Shown: positions 19,973-30,397 of the stretch, piece by piece
Numbering within the stretch: position 1 is the stretch's first letter
How the letters are laid out: every line of letters begins with the position of its first letter
Source of the DNA: an uncultured virus (IMG/VR IMGVR_UViG_3300042343_001623)
Lineage: Duplodnaviria > Heunggongvirae > Uroviricota > Caudoviricetes
Length of the DNA: 64,000 bases
Strand: one strand, 5' to 3'
IMG/VR virus record: IMGVR_UViG_3300042343_001623
Position numbers and translations under genes: made by a program
Notes under the pieces: generated by a model
Databases searched by the model: none
Told to the model about the DNA's origin: nothing
What the model saw: only the letters and a program-made list of their open reading frames with translations

Positions 19973-21565
19973 TTACTTTTGTATTACAAACTTCTGAACA
20001 TCATTGGATGTTTGAATGAAATAAATTCCATCTTCAAAGTTTGAAAGATTGATTGTGGTTGGTGCATAATCCTCATAAACTCTTTGACCCACCTGATTCA
20101 TCACGAAGATGGGAGTTCTATTTGGTGAAACAACATTCAAAAAGTCAGAGGTTGGGTTGGGGTAAATTGTGAAGTTGGATGTGGTTTTGTTGTCAACACC
20201 GATCACAACAGGATTTGACAAAAGTGGATGTGTGAAATCCGCTCCCAAAGCTGGTGAATTACTTTCGCTAAGTCTAGCATCAGGAGTCAAACCCAAATCA
20301 ACAAACAAATTAACCCAATCAATTTGTTCAACTGTTGTTGTTGAGTCGTTGTTGTTTACACCGAAGAATGAGTTGTAAAAATCCTCCGTTCCTGAAACAC
20401 AATTTGAACCATTCGGAAGATCAGCCAAAATATTATTTGCAAACACCAAATCTCCGATTGTTACATTCACTTGTGACGAAATACCTTCAATTGACACGCC
20501 TTTTTCCCAACCTGTAACCAAAGAATTGAAGATAGAAGTTGAGGTGTTTCTTCTCAAACGAAATGCCTTTTCAAAGGTCTCACCATTTGGAAGAGTTTCT
20601 GTAACATCATCACCAAATGGTCCAACCAAAGTTACATTAGAAAAAACAGGTGAGGTTAGAGGTTCATTAGGAGATCCTTGACCATCGTTGTCTGATTCAA
20701 ATGAGTTAGAGTCACCAACTGCATCATACATATATTTGTTTCTAATTGACAAAACAAATTGAACTTTTCCTCTGTAACCAAAGTCTGTGTCAAAATCATC
20801 ATCAATACCACTATAAGCGATGAGGTGCTTACAATTTACAGTTCCACCGAACCATTCAAATGAATCATCACCTGAATAAGATACTTGAACATTATTTACA
20901 TAAGTCCCTGAACCGACAGAACCAAAGGTAATGCCGTTGATTTCTTTATTTGGTTCAAGAGCAATACCACAAAATTCAACTCTAACATATTCTAATATAC
21001 CTGAGTTGTCATTATCATCAGTTCCACCGTATTCAGTATCCGAAGAGGCTGGAATACCTTCGATATTTGCAATACCACCAGGTTGATTATTGATTGCATT
21101 ACCCAAAATAACTAATCCTCCCCAATCACCCTCAGCTCTCTCACCCACAGGTTGATTGGATGTAAAAACGATGGGTTGGTCTTGTGTCCCTTGTGCAATA
21201 ATTTTGGAACCTTTCGTGACAATCAAAGTTGCTTGTGTTGATGCGTCTCCTCTGATAATTGTTCCTGGTTGAATTGTCAAAACCGCACCATTTTTGACAT
21301 ATATTTTGTTTTGGAGTTCAACAACACCTCCGATGGTTGTATTAACCGTAATATCAGAAGAAAGGATCATAGACGGGGTTGGGTATTCTGTGTTTTGTGG
21401 ATCCCAATTTGTCCATCCATAAGTCCAATCGGTGGCTGTTGTGTTGTCAGTCACAGGGAAGGCACCTCTGTAGTTTACATAATCCCAAGTCCATTCTTGA
21501 GCATTAGTCGTCAAAAGACCCATAAATAGTGACAGGGTCAGCAAAATTTGTTTTCTCATAATCAT
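19973..21565 (-). CDS. secreted beta-helix protein with T9SS C-terminal sorting domain
   Basis: Signal peptide; GDWGGLVILG, DNSGILEYVRVEF, EINGITFGSVG, DDSFEWFGGTVN; C-terminal IYPNPT...GIYFI...KFVIQK. Confidence 0.85.
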   Translation of the reverse strand: MIMRKQILLTLSLFMGLLTTNAQEWTWDYVNYRGAFPVTDNTTATDWTYGWTNWDPQNTEYPTPSMILSSDITVNTTIGGVVELQNKIYVKNGAVLTIQPGTIIRGDASTQATLIVTKGSKIIAQGTQDQPIVFTSNQPVGERAEGDWGGLVILGNAINNQPGGIANIEGIPASSDTEYGGTDDNDNSGILEYVRVEFCGIALEPNKEINGITFGSVGSGTYVNNVQVSYSGDDSFEWFGGTVNCKHLIAYSGIDDDFDTDFGYRGKVQFVLSIRNKYMYDAVGDSNSFESDNDGQGSPNEPLTSPVFSNVTLVGPFGDDVTETLPNGETFEKAFRLRRNTSTSIFNSLVTGWEKGVSIEGISSQVNVTIGDLVFANNILADLPNGSNCVSGTEDFYNSFFGVNNNDSTTTVEQIDWVNLFVDLGLTPDARLSESNSPALGADFTHPLLSNPVVIGVDNKTTSNFTIYPNPTSDFLNVVSPNRTPIFVMNQVGQRVYEDYAPTTINLSNFEDGIYFIQTSNDVQKFVIQK

Positions 21566-21586
21566 CTTTTTTTAAATTTATTGTAA

Positions 21587-21641
21587 ATTATACGTCTATA
21601 ATTACAATAGGTCAAAAGAAGGTTGTTAAGAGAAAGTTAAG
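21587..21641 (-). promoter_or_regulatory. sigma70-type promoter with upstream 11-bp-period direct repeats
   Basis: Minus strand: CTTAAC (21641-21636), CTTAAC (21630-21625), TTGACC (21615-21610)-N17-TATAAT (21592-21587). Confidence 0.65.
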
Positions 21642-21658
21642 TAAATAATAATAAGGAG

Positions 21659-21913
21659 TTATTTTTTTTCTTTACAGTAGGAACCTGAACATCTTTTCTT
21701 ACCATCAAGACCAGGCATCCTTCCTTTACACACTTGAACCGCATATCCATTAGCATATGCACTTGGATAAACATCATATTTTGCTTTAGCGGCTGATATA
21801 CCACGAGAACACAACTTATTTGATTTTTTCTTTTTCTCGGTAATGTAAGCCTCAATAAGAAACCTTCTCAAGATTTCTTTCATATCTTCATTATTTAAAA
21901 TAATTTTACTCAT
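21659..21913 (-). CDS. small basic hypothetical protein
   Basis: KAKYDVYPSAYANGY..QVCKG module after a YITE motif. Confidence 0.7.
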   Translation of the reverse strand: MSKIILNNEDMKEILRRFLIEAYITEKKKKSNKLCSRGISAAKAKYDVYPSAYANGYAVQVCKGRMPGLDGKKRCSGSYCKEKK

Positions 21914-23409
21914 TTTTTATTTACGACTTGGAAATTTATTTCGTTTTTGTATGTGACAATATTATTATTTTGATTTAGTTGTAAATCAATAAAATATTCA
22001 TTTGGGATCTTGTCTTTAAGATCTAAAATAAAGAAATATTCCTGAGGTGTTCTATTAAGTTCAGTCCAATCTGTAACCTGAACCTCGGTTTGACCCTCCT
22101 TTACATATATCCTGTATTGAACATCAATGTCGTCGACAATATGTGATTTCGTATAAGCCTTTTTAGGTATAACCGATATTTTTCTTTGATCTGTGTTCAA
22201 TATTTTCTCGGCGTATTGAATTCCATAGAATGTAAATCCGTACTCTTGAGTGTCGGGTAATGAGGTGTCATATTGTAAACTATCACTATAAGATTTGAGT
22301 TCAAATTCATTTTCTATATTGGATAATACAACACCATTTAATACAAGATTTTTCCATCTATCGGTATATAAACAATTCAAACTTCCCCCCGTAATGGCAG
22401 GTACTGAAACCTTATATATCCCTTTACTAACTCTACAGGTTGATATACCTGTCAATCCCGCAATTTCATCGCCATTTGGATCTAAGATGTCCACCGTAGG
22501 ACTTGAATCCAAATTTATTGGGGATCCATTTCTTGAAATGTAGAGATAAAGTTCATTGGATGTACCTTCGGTAAAATTAGTTCTTGAATCATCAATCACA
22601 TCATTCCAAGTGGAATAAAGGTAGGGTTCATAAAATGTTTGAGTATGTCTTGTAAAGAATCCCACAAAATATGATTCACTCAAACCTGTTAAGTTTTCTA
22701 CTTGTGGAACATAAGCGACACCCCACCCTACATTATTTGTCAAAGATCCGTTTAAAATGGAGTTTATTTCACTTGTCATATCGAATGAAATATCTTCGTC
22801 ACCAAATTCAAAATGTTGGGTGTCTACAATGGTGAGTGCTGAATAATTAACCTGACCACTTGTTCCGGTATTATCATTTATATAAATTCCGTTTGTACTC
22901 CAATCGTAAATAAGTTGTCTGTCAAAGTAATTGGATGGTCTCAATGAATAGGATTTATCAGTTTCAATAATGTTTCTATAATATTGACTGTTAACATTGT
23001 CTACAGAGGTTTCGTTGAAATCATATCCAACACCTTCATCCCAACTTTGTGTTGTTCCTGTCGCTCCACCCGATTTTGGTATTCTAAAAAGAATCAAATC
23101 AAATGAAGTAGCTCTTCTTCTACCATCACTATTTGTTTCGTTTAGTAGATCCTCAAAGGCCGACGAATTGGTCATTCTTAATTCGTGGGTGATGTTTGTG
23201 TTACAGGATAAATTAAGATATCCTTCGGTAATTTTCTGTTGGAGAGGTTCTAAATCAAGATCAAAAATAAATCTCGAGAAAGATTTTGTTCCGATGGCGG
23301 GAAAGTTTGATCCGAAAAATAATTCTGTAACAGGGTTTCTACCCGTGTTTACTTCAGAATTAAAAACTATAGTATTGTTTCTACTAAAATATGAACGATG
23401 GTCAGACAT
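21910..23409 (-). CDS. putative virion structural protein
   Basis: 499 aa, beta-rich, follows the baseplate-like gene; TATTTATA upstream (23431-23424). Confidence 0.6.
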   Translation of the reverse strand: MSDHRSYFSRNNTIVFNSEVNTGRNPVTELFFGSNFPAIGTKSFSRFIFDLDLEPLQQKITEGYLNLSCNTNITHELRMTNSSAFEDLLNETNSDGRRRATSFDLILFRIPKSGGATGTTQSWDEGVGYDFNETSVDNVNSQYYRNIIETDKSYSLRPSNYFDRQLIYDWSTNGIYINDNTGTSGQVNYSALTIVDTQHFEFGDEDISFDMTSEINSILNGSLTNNVGWGVAYVPQVENLTGLSESYFVGFFTRHTQTFYEPYLYSTWNDVIDDSRTNFTEGTSNELYLYISRNGSPINLDSSPTVDILDPNGDEIAGLTGISTCRVSKGIYKVSVPAITGGSLNCLYTDRWKNLVLNGVVLSNIENEFELKSYSDSLQYDTSLPDTQEYGFTFYGIQYAEKILNTDQRKISVIPKKAYTKSHIVDDIDVQYRIYVKEGQTEVQVTDWTELNRTPQEYFFILDLKDKIPNEYFIDLQLNQNNNIVTYKNEINFQVVNKK

Positions 23410-23431
23410 ATAGATATTTTATCTATAAATA

Positions 23432-24955
23432 TCAATTTATCTTAAAGTTTTGACTTAAAACTTTTTGATAAGCATCCATCATTTTTTTCATTAATTCAGT
23501 TGTCGTCGCCCCATTTGTTGTAGTTGGTACTGGTGGTAGACCATGATAAGAGTGAACGTGAGTTATCAAATACTCGATTATGTAATTCAACAATTCCAAT
23601 AGCTCTTCACCTCTCACCATAGAAGACACATTCGGAACAATATTTTCATTTATAAAATCAGCTGATACTCCATAATTTGTCCCCTCTAAATTGACTTTTT
23701 GTTTTCCTGGTATTGTAGATTGGTGAGATAAAAAATAAAACTTATCGGCTCCGAATATTTGTACAGTTGAGTTGTCGGATGAAGTCTTCGAATCTTCTAA
23801 ATTAAGTTGTCTAATCTGAACTGGATTATCTTTTTTATCCTTCGAAAAAATTAATCCGAATCCACCAAAACCAGAAGATTCAGTTGAACTCAAAGATATG
23901 CCTACTTGACCTTGAAATTGTAATGAGTTAAGTAAAACACGGGCATCAGAGGTTTGAGTTGTTGCCTCCAAAACTCTTTGTGTTGGTCTGTAATAAAATG
24001 GAAATACATTACCTAAAGAAGGAGAAATACTTAGAGTTGAGTTTTTGAATTTGTCTAATAAAGTATTGATGAACTCAATCGCTTCGTCTATGGGTTTTCC
24101 AAGAAAGCTTTCTTTATAAGCTAATGTTTTTCCTTCGACAATAGTATCAGGAAGGATGTCCATAGTTCTTACATTTTGACCGGCATCAATTCTATAAAAA
24201 TAGATGTCGCCTGAAAAGTTGGACGTACTATCCAAATTAATTATATCCCACTCAACTAAATAAGATACATTAGTTACGACAGGTTCGAATTTAAAAACTT
24301 TTTTCAAAGTTTTTTCAGAAGTTGTTGTCTCCAAATTACTTAATTGAATAAACGATCTTCTTGGGTTCTCGTAGGGATAAATTTGTCCATTAGGCATTTT
24401 GAGTCCAATAGATTTTGCCTTCCCTGATCTCAATAAAAGATCTTCATCTTTTAAAATTATATCGGTATTATATCTTCCTAAAATTGCAATATCATTCGGA
24501 TCGGGAAAAACAGATTGTGTTTTTGGATTGATATAAGAACCATCAGGGTTTTTTAGGTCCGGCATAGATGTAACTCTATTTCCCGTATTTAATAATTGTT
24601 CAGAATTTGCATATACATCTTTATATTGAACTACAGGTGAAGAAATTGGCCCCTGAACATAAAACTTATTCTTATCATCTTCATATTTTGGGTTAGAATA
24701 AATAATGTGAACATATTCACCGACCTTAGGAATTTGTCTGAAAAAGTATGGAATTAAAGAATTATAGACAAAAGGATCTCGTTTAGTCCAAAAATACTTA
24801 GAAGGAATATCACCGGGAATGTCAAATACTTCATCAGGAAAACTCGCCTTTATGATGTCATTACTATATCGTGTGGTTGGGCGAGCACGAATTCTACCAA
24901 TCACCAAAGGATCGTCAACCGAAACACATATTCCAGGATGTATTATTTTGGGCAT
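23432..24955 (-). CDS. baseplate hub/spike protein (gp5-like)
   Basis: N-terminal OB-fold signature DDPLVIGRIRAR..PKVGEYV and C-terminal RGEELL...THVHSY spike-tip HxH. Confidence 0.65.
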   Translation of the reverse strand: MPKIIHPGICVSVDDPLVIGRIRARPTTRYSNDIIKASFPDEVFDIPGDIPSKYFWTKRDPFVYNSLIPYFFRQIPKVGEYVHIIYSNPKYEDDKNKFYVQGPISSPVVQYKDVYANSEQLLNTGNRVTSMPDLKNPDGSYINPKTQSVFPDPNDIAILGRYNTDIILKDEDLLLRSGKAKSIGLKMPNGQIYPYENPRRSFIQLSNLETTTSEKTLKKVFKFEPVVTNVSYLVEWDIINLDSTSNFSGDIYFYRIDAGQNVRTMDILPDTIVEGKTLAYKESFLGKPIDEAIEFINTLLDKFKNSTLSISPSLGNVFPFYYRPTQRVLEATTQTSDARVLLNSLQFQGQVGISLSSTESSGFGGFGLIFSKDKKDNPVQIRQLNLEDSKTSSDNSTVQIFGADKFYFLSHQSTIPGKQKVNLEGTNYGVSADFINENIVPNVSSMVRGEELLELLNYIIEYLITHVHSYHGLPPVPTTTNGATTTELMKKMMDAYQKVLSQNFKIN

Positions 24956-24957
24956 TT

Positions 24958-25170
24958 TTATGAATTTGTTCTATTTTTATATCTAACTAAAAGTTCATTG
25001 TAAACCGTTTCAGTTATTTTCATATGTTCAGAAACTTTTTCGATAATTTTCTTGGAATCATCAAAATCTCTTCTAAGAATATCCAAAACTTCGGTAATTT
25101 TTTTATTTGGGGTATTATCGAAGTCAGATATTACTTCCTTTATAAATTTTTGTTCGTTTTCTGTAATCAT
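24958..25170 (-). CDS. hypothetical protein
   Basis: 70-aa ORF coupled to both neighbours. Confidence 0.6.
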   Translation of the reverse strand: MITENEQKFIKEVISDFDNTPNKKITEVLDILRRDFDDSKKIIEKVSEHMKITETVYNELLVRYKNRTNS

Positions 25171-27107
25171 GTTACTTTACCATATAGTTTAGCTGGACCC
25201 AAAAAACCACCCGCAGTAGGTACTAATGGTGTAAGTTCATTTCCAAAATTTACTGTTGAAATTTGAACTTTTGAGTTTTCATCCATTTCTTTTTTATATG
25301 CCCTCATTTGTGAGAAAGCATCTATCAAACCTAAATTTGGTGATCCATCAGGCATATCCCCGTTTGGGAATCCTAGTTTGTCTCTCTGTTCAATGTGATT
25401 TGAAAAAGCTCTGATTTCGGAAAATCCTTCCAACAAACCGGCAAAAGCAAGTGCGGGAAGAGGTATATCCAGTTTAGGGGCCAACAATCTCAAAAGTGTT
25501 AATAACTCGTCAACTATACTTCTACACCTTTTGTAGTCACGAATCAAATTTACTAAAACAAAAGCAATAGAAAGTAATTTAGTGATGATTACTATATATG
25601 AATTCTTAACTGATTTACTTATTTCTTTATTTAAGGAAGTAATGAGTTTGTAAATTTGTTTTTTTATTATTATAACTAAAACTTCTTTGAATTTTGCTTG
25701 AATTTCAGCAATCAAAGTGATCATGATATTTCTCATGTTGTCCAAGAAACTTTGGAAATCTTCTACTAAATCGACAAAATTTTGTTTTAATGCTTTGAAC
25801 ATTATAAAAATCGGCAACAAAACTTTAGGACTAATCAAAGACATAACAATAGTTTTGGGGAGTTGCCTCAGTACTTCTAAGTTTAGAACCGCATTAAAGT
25901 CAATTGTAGGAAGATTTTGTGACCACTCGGGGTTTTGTGCGGTTTCTTTAATATATTCTAAGAGTTCTTCTTGCAGTTGTTCATCAGTTTTATTTGAAGG
26001 GTTTTCCCAAATATTTGAAATATTAGTAATAATTTGATTGTAATCGACAGGTAATTTAACAGTATCACAACCCTCGAATTCAGAGACTCGATTCATTACG
26101 TTATTGACCTCATTTTCTACATCTCTCAACTCAAATTCGGATAATTCAAAAAAAGAATCATCGATTTCCTCCAAAACAGAAATTTTAGAAGTTCCACCCA
26201 CCTCAATTTCTTGAGTATTGTCAAAACATAGTCCAAGTATTCTCTGTATTATTTTCAATGAAACCGAAACATCCTCCAATTTTTTTTGACCAACATTCAA
26301 TGACATATCAAGACATCCTGTAAGTAAGTTCATGATATTTTTGGCTATGTCCGTAAATTCAAAAATTTGGACACTTTGATAATAATCAACTAAAAAGTCA
26401 GAAACGGTAGTAGGTGAGTTGAGTTTAGGTTGAAGTGTTATTTCATAAAAATCACCAAAATTACCAGTGTTAAGATCTTGAGTAACATATTTTATATCAA
26501 AAAGATCTTGACCTGAATTTCCTTTATAAAATTGACCATATTGTTCCGAATAACTTTGACTACTTAAAGTTCGATTATATAATTCTCTATTCATCGAAAA
26601 TGGATTATTTTGAATAGAAAGAGGATCTTTTTCGTACAAAATTTTAGTTTGATTATCGTCGGGTGAATATTTTAAATAATCTAACAGGTCAATAGATTCG
26701 AGTTTTATGTATATTTTTTCGTTTGGAACATACTGTTGTTCTTGGTCACACCCTAAAGCTTTGATGGTAGAATCGGTAAGAAGTGTGGGGAGTTGATTTT
26801 TGACTTCTCTTGCCGCGTCCAACATGGCTTTCAATAAAATATCCAAAGTTTCACTTCCCGTCTCTGGATTTCTTACCAATTCTAATAGCTGATCGTATTG
26901 GTTTTTTACCTTAGAAGAATTAAACTTTTGTGTTGCATTCTCTTTAGCGGAATTCAGTGTTTCAGAAAAAAACTTATTACTGGCACTTTCAGCGTCACCA
27001 AGTCTTGTTTCTATTGAACTTATTTGTTTGAGTATTTTTTTACTGGTCTGACCACTTTTGATCTTACTCTTAATCTGATCGAAGTCACCGCTTAAATCAA
27101 GTGCCAT
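25167..27107 (-). CDS. hypothetical protein, probably structural
   Basis: 646-aa ORF in an operon with the baseplate-like gene. Confidence 0.65.
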   Translation of the reverse strand: MALDLSGDFDQIKSKIKSGQTSKKILKQISSIETRLGDAESASNKFFSETLNSAKENATQKFNSSKVKNQYDQLLELVRNPETGSETLDILLKAMLDAAREVKNQLPTLLTDSTIKALGCDQEQQYVPNEKIYIKLESIDLLDYLKYSPDDNQTKILYEKDPLSIQNNPFSMNRELYNRTLSSQSYSEQYGQFYKGNSGQDLFDIKYVTQDLNTGNFGDFYEITLQPKLNSPTTVSDFLVDYYQSVQIFEFTDIAKNIMNLLTGCLDMSLNVGQKKLEDVSVSLKIIQRILGLCFDNTQEIEVGGTSKISVLEEIDDSFFELSEFELRDVENEVNNVMNRVSEFEGCDTVKLPVDYNQIITNISNIWENPSNKTDEQLQEELLEYIKETAQNPEWSQNLPTIDFNAVLNLEVLRQLPKTIVMSLISPKVLLPIFIMFKALKQNFVDLVEDFQSFLDNMRNIMITLIAEIQAKFKEVLVIIIKKQIYKLITSLNKEISKSVKNSYIVIITKLLSIAFVLVNLIRDYKRCRSIVDELLTLLRLLAPKLDIPLPALAFAGLLEGFSEIRAFSNHIEQRDKLGFPNGDMPDGSPNLGLIDAFSQMRAYKKEMDENSKVQISTVNFGNELTPLVPTAGGFLGPAKLYGKVT

Positions 27108-27478
27108 TACTTAAGATGATATTTACCATCATCAAGTTTGTCAATGTCTTTTCCGATTAAATTTTGAAGAACATCATCATCAATTTCACTTAAACTGAAA
27201 TTTTCTTCACTTTGGTTGTTAGATTTTTCCCAAATCTGAGATTGAAGTTTTGACAAACTTAATTTTTTCTCGATGGTGTCATTTATTATTTTTTGTTGTT
27301 CTTTAATAATTGGACCTAACACAGTCAAATCTTCAGGATCTTTCATCATTGAAGCCATCTTGTTCTGAAGTCTAACTGCAGTATTTCTTTGTTCAACCAA
27401 CTCGTTGTAAATTTCTTGCATCAATCCCAAGATTGAATCTTTGGATAATTTGATTTCTTTTCTGCGTGGTTTTGTCAT
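27107..27478 (-). CDS. hypothetical coiled-coil protein
   Basis: 123-aa ORF directly downstream of the sigma factor. Confidence 0.65.
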   Translation of the reverse strand: MTKPRRKEIKLSKDSILGLMQEIYNELVEQRNTAVRLQNKMASMMKDPEDLTVLGPIIKEQQKIINDTIEKKLSLSKLQSQIWEKSNNQSEENFSLSEIDDDVLQNLIGKDIDKLDDGKYHLK

Positions 27479-27486
27479 ATCTATAA

Positions 27487-28230
27487 TTATTCAGAATTCA
27501 ATTTATTTAAGAATTCATAATACAGATGACGGTACTTTTTGATTGAACTCCTGACTTCTTTTGTGGACATGTTTGTCATTTCTCTTATTGAAAGAAGTAT
27601 GACGTTTTTATTGAATTTGTTGTTGTCGTTACCCAAGAAAACTCTCTCATAGTTTTTCAATAATTCAACAAGAGCATATCCCAACTTTATTTCATTTGTA
27701 TTGAGATCAGATTTTTCAATAAAATCTTCAAGTTTTTCAACATACATATCAATGACTTCGGTCGTTTCTACATTTTCATATTCTAAATAATAAATCAAGT
27801 CAGGTCTATTCTCTAAATTACTTGAAATATCCTCATATGAAATTCTTCTATTCTGATCTTTTTGGTCTTTTATGATCTGACCCATCAAATAGTTTTTACA
27901 TATGGTTCCGAAATAAGAATATGCTTTTTTGTTTTTTTCAGGTTGAAATTTATCAACTTTGGTCAATAAAAAAGAATGCGTATCACTATGGATGTCATTA
28001 AAATCCATATCTTTTCTGTATAACTTATATCGTCTTATGATTGATGAAATCATCTTATCCAATGGTGCGTGGAGAAACTCATCGTAGATTTTGTTTTTTT
28101 CACCCCACGTTTCGGCCTGAAGGAACATACGAACTGCATGTTCCTCCCTCTCGGCGAAATAATTTTTTTCTTTGGGTTTACGTCCCTTCTTAACTTTTTC
28201 AGTTTCCGTTACTGCTGACGTTGGATTCAT
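27487..28230 (-). CDS. phage sigma factor (gp55-like late sigma)
   Basis: KNYF...KVDKFQPEKNKKAYSYFGTICKNYL resembles sigma region 2 of gp55-like proteins. Confidence 0.75.
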   Translation of the reverse strand: MNPTSAVTETEKVKKGRKPKEKNYFAEREEHAVRMFLQAETWGEKNKIYDEFLHAPLDKMISSIIRRYKLYRKDMDFNDIHSDTHSFLLTKVDKFQPEKNKKAYSYFGTICKNYLMGQIIKDQKDQNRRISYEDISSNLENRPDLIYYLEYENVETTEVIDMYVEKLEDFIEKSDLNTNEIKLGYALVELLKNYERVFLGNDNNKFNKNVILLSIREMTNMSTKEVRSSIKKYRHLYYEFLNKLNSE

Positions 28231-29038
28231 CCACTAATTCAGGTTCGTATTTTATTTCCCTATCCTGAATGAAGAAGTATTCCTTTTTGGCAACTTCTAA
28301 CCAAAACTTAGCTTCATCAGGACTTAAAGGACTTTCACCGAACTTATAATTCCAAAAAATGGATCCTAACCTCATATTCGTATGTTTGTAACCAATCTTA
28401 GGGATGGTTCTTATAATTGCGGAATTATATGTCATTCTCATTAAGAATTCATACACAAATGTTAACTTCATCGACTCTTTAAATCCTCCATAATCCAAGA
28501 ATGTTTCTTTTCTAATAACCATCCCACTACTTTGGAAGTTCTGAAAACGAGCGAGTAACTCGTTTGTAACTATACCGTAATCCAAATTAAAGTTTGCGGC
28601 AAAGGTTGCTTCGTTGGTGAAACCAGCAAATTGGTTTTTGTCATCGACATCAACAACTACAGGCAAAAATGCTTGAGAGTCAGGATATGCTTCTTTATAG
28701 ATTTCTACATTTTTGAACCAAATTGCGGAATATTCATCATCGAATTCACAAAAAGAAACCCACTCGTTAGTTGCTTTTGACACACCATAGTTTATTTGTG
28801 CTTGAAATGATGGTTCACCTTCATAAGTCTCGATTTTGACTATATTTTGTAAGTCTCCGAAATCATAATCTGTCAAAAATAACTGAAGTGATTCTTCGGC
28901 GGTGGGGACGATTATGAATTCTGTTGGTAATACCTTTTGTTTTTGTATTGATTCAACAAGTTTTGAAAAAAAATCCGAAAAGTCTTTTGTTTTGGATGAC
29001 TTGATCGGTAATATTATTGTAGTATTTGATGTACTCAT
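28199..29038 (-). CDS. glycosyltransferase, GT-A/GT2-like
   Basis: TIILPI start, INYGVSKA, SFCEFDDEY (DxD-like). Confidence 0.75.
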   Translation of the reverse strand: MSTSNTTIILPIKSSKTKDFSDFFSKLVESIQKQKVLPTEFIIVPTAEESLQLFLTDYDFGDLQNIVKIETYEGEPSFQAQINYGVSKATNEWVSFCEFDDEYSAIWFKNVEIYKEAYPDSQAFLPVVVDVDDKNQFAGFTNEATFAANFNLDYGIVTNELLARFQNFQSSGMVIRKETFLDYGGFKESMKLTFVYEFLMRMTYNSAIIRTIPKIGYKHTNMRLGSIFWNYKFGESPLSPDEAKFWLEVAKKEYFFIQDREIKYEPELVDESNVSSNGN

Positions 29039-30099
29039 AGTTCAGCTTCTACTGGTTTAAGTTTATCTAATTGTTGTTCCAATGATTCAACTCGATTAGA
29101 AACATATTCTTGAAATAATTTATTCGAAAGAGTTACGAACTCTTCATGATTCTGATATTTTTTGGCAGTGTCCAAACCTTCTTGTATTAAAGTTTCCGAC
29201 ACATTATCTTCTAACCAATTTTTAATATATTCTGCCAAGATATCAACCAAATCAAAATTATTTGTTGTCCAAATACCATTCTTCTCATTAATCCATTCAG
29301 GTTCGATATAGGGAATTCTTCCAATGACTGGTGTACCCACAGACATTGACTCCAACGGATATGTTCCAAAAGATGATTTTTCATCTATCCAAACAGAAAC
29401 ACATGCGTCTCGGAGTGGTTCATAAAATTGATCTTGATTCATAGATCTCATATCACGGAATGTAAACCAACGGTATTGAGGATATTTCTGATAGAAAATT
29501 TTAATCAAATTCAAAGAGTCTCTCTGTTCTCTTGAGTGAATCGCAATAATTGGTTTTGCTGGTTTATCTTTTTCGGTTGCGTATTTTGATAGAGGAACGG
29601 GTAAAACATCAACAGACACACTTCTGAAAATATCTCTTACCTTTTCAGCTAAAATTTCTGAAGTGGTCAAACACTTGTACACTCCAAATCCATTCCAACT
29701 TTGACCTGGTTTGAGAGTCTCGAATACATGATCATATGCTTGTGTGAGAATAATTTTACCACATGGAAGATTTTGAACCTGTTCGATGATATATCCCAAT
29801 AACTCAGGAATAATCAAAAAATCCTCAACCCCAACCTGTAAATTCTGACCATTTACATAATTTTCTTCGAGATCCTCGTATCCTTCACCCAACCATGTTT
29901 TGTGTGATGTATATCCTTTTTCTTCAAACAAAATGATTGCATTTTTTCCATTTTGTTTCAAAGCATTCGCCAAATCATAAATGTATTTTATTGATGCTTT
30001 GGGATTTCCTTTTGTATCTTGCACAAAAAAATAAAACTTATTAGTTCCGTTCTTAAGTGCTAAAATAGTTTTCTCTATTTTTACTATATTATCTGTCAT
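29035..30099 (-). CDS. glycosyltransferase, GT-B/GT4-like
   Basis: SSFGTYPLESMSVGTPVIG (GT4 signature variant). Confidence 0.75.
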   Translation of the reverse strand: MTDNIVKIEKTILALKNGTNKFYFFVQDTKGNPKASIKYIYDLANALKQNGKNAIILFEEKGYTSHKTWLGEGYEDLEENYVNGQNLQVGVEDFLIIPELLGYIIEQVQNLPCGKIILTQAYDHVFETLKPGQSWNGFGVYKCLTTSEILAEKVRDIFRSVSVDVLPVPLSKYATEKDKPAKPIIAIHSREQRDSLNLIKIFYQKYPQYRWFTFRDMRSMNQDQFYEPLRDACVSVWIDEKSSFGTYPLESMSVGTPVIGRIPYIEPEWINEKNGIWTTNNFDLVDILAEYIKNWLEDNVSETLIQEGLDTAKKYQNHEEFVTLSNKLFQEYVSNRVESLEQQLDKLKPVEAEL

Positions 30100-30397
30100 C
30101 GTCTTCTGTTTTTTTCAATATATTATCTTTAACTAAGGTATTAAATGCTAATTTAAAATCTATAGGAACATCACTTCCTCTCATCCCCATATTTTCATCG
30201 ATATCTTCTTTCTCTGTTAATAAAACTTCAATCAAAAATTTGTAAACTTCGTAACTTACAACATTTATTGAAATTTTTTCATCAACATCGGCTCCATCTT
30301 CTTCTGTAATGACTTGTGTTGGTTTTGCGTCAATACGAAGTTTCGCATCTAGATGATTTAAATCTAAATACCATTCATCTCCAAAAATTTTAAACAT
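30089..30397 (-). CDS. hypothetical protein
   Basis: 102-aa ORF within the operon. Confidence 0.65.
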   Translation of the reverse strand: MFKIFGDEWYLDLNHLDAKLRIDAKPTQVITEEDGADVDEKISINVVSYEVYKFLIEVLLTEKEDIDENMGMRGSDVPIDFKLAFNTLVKDNILKKTEDDDR

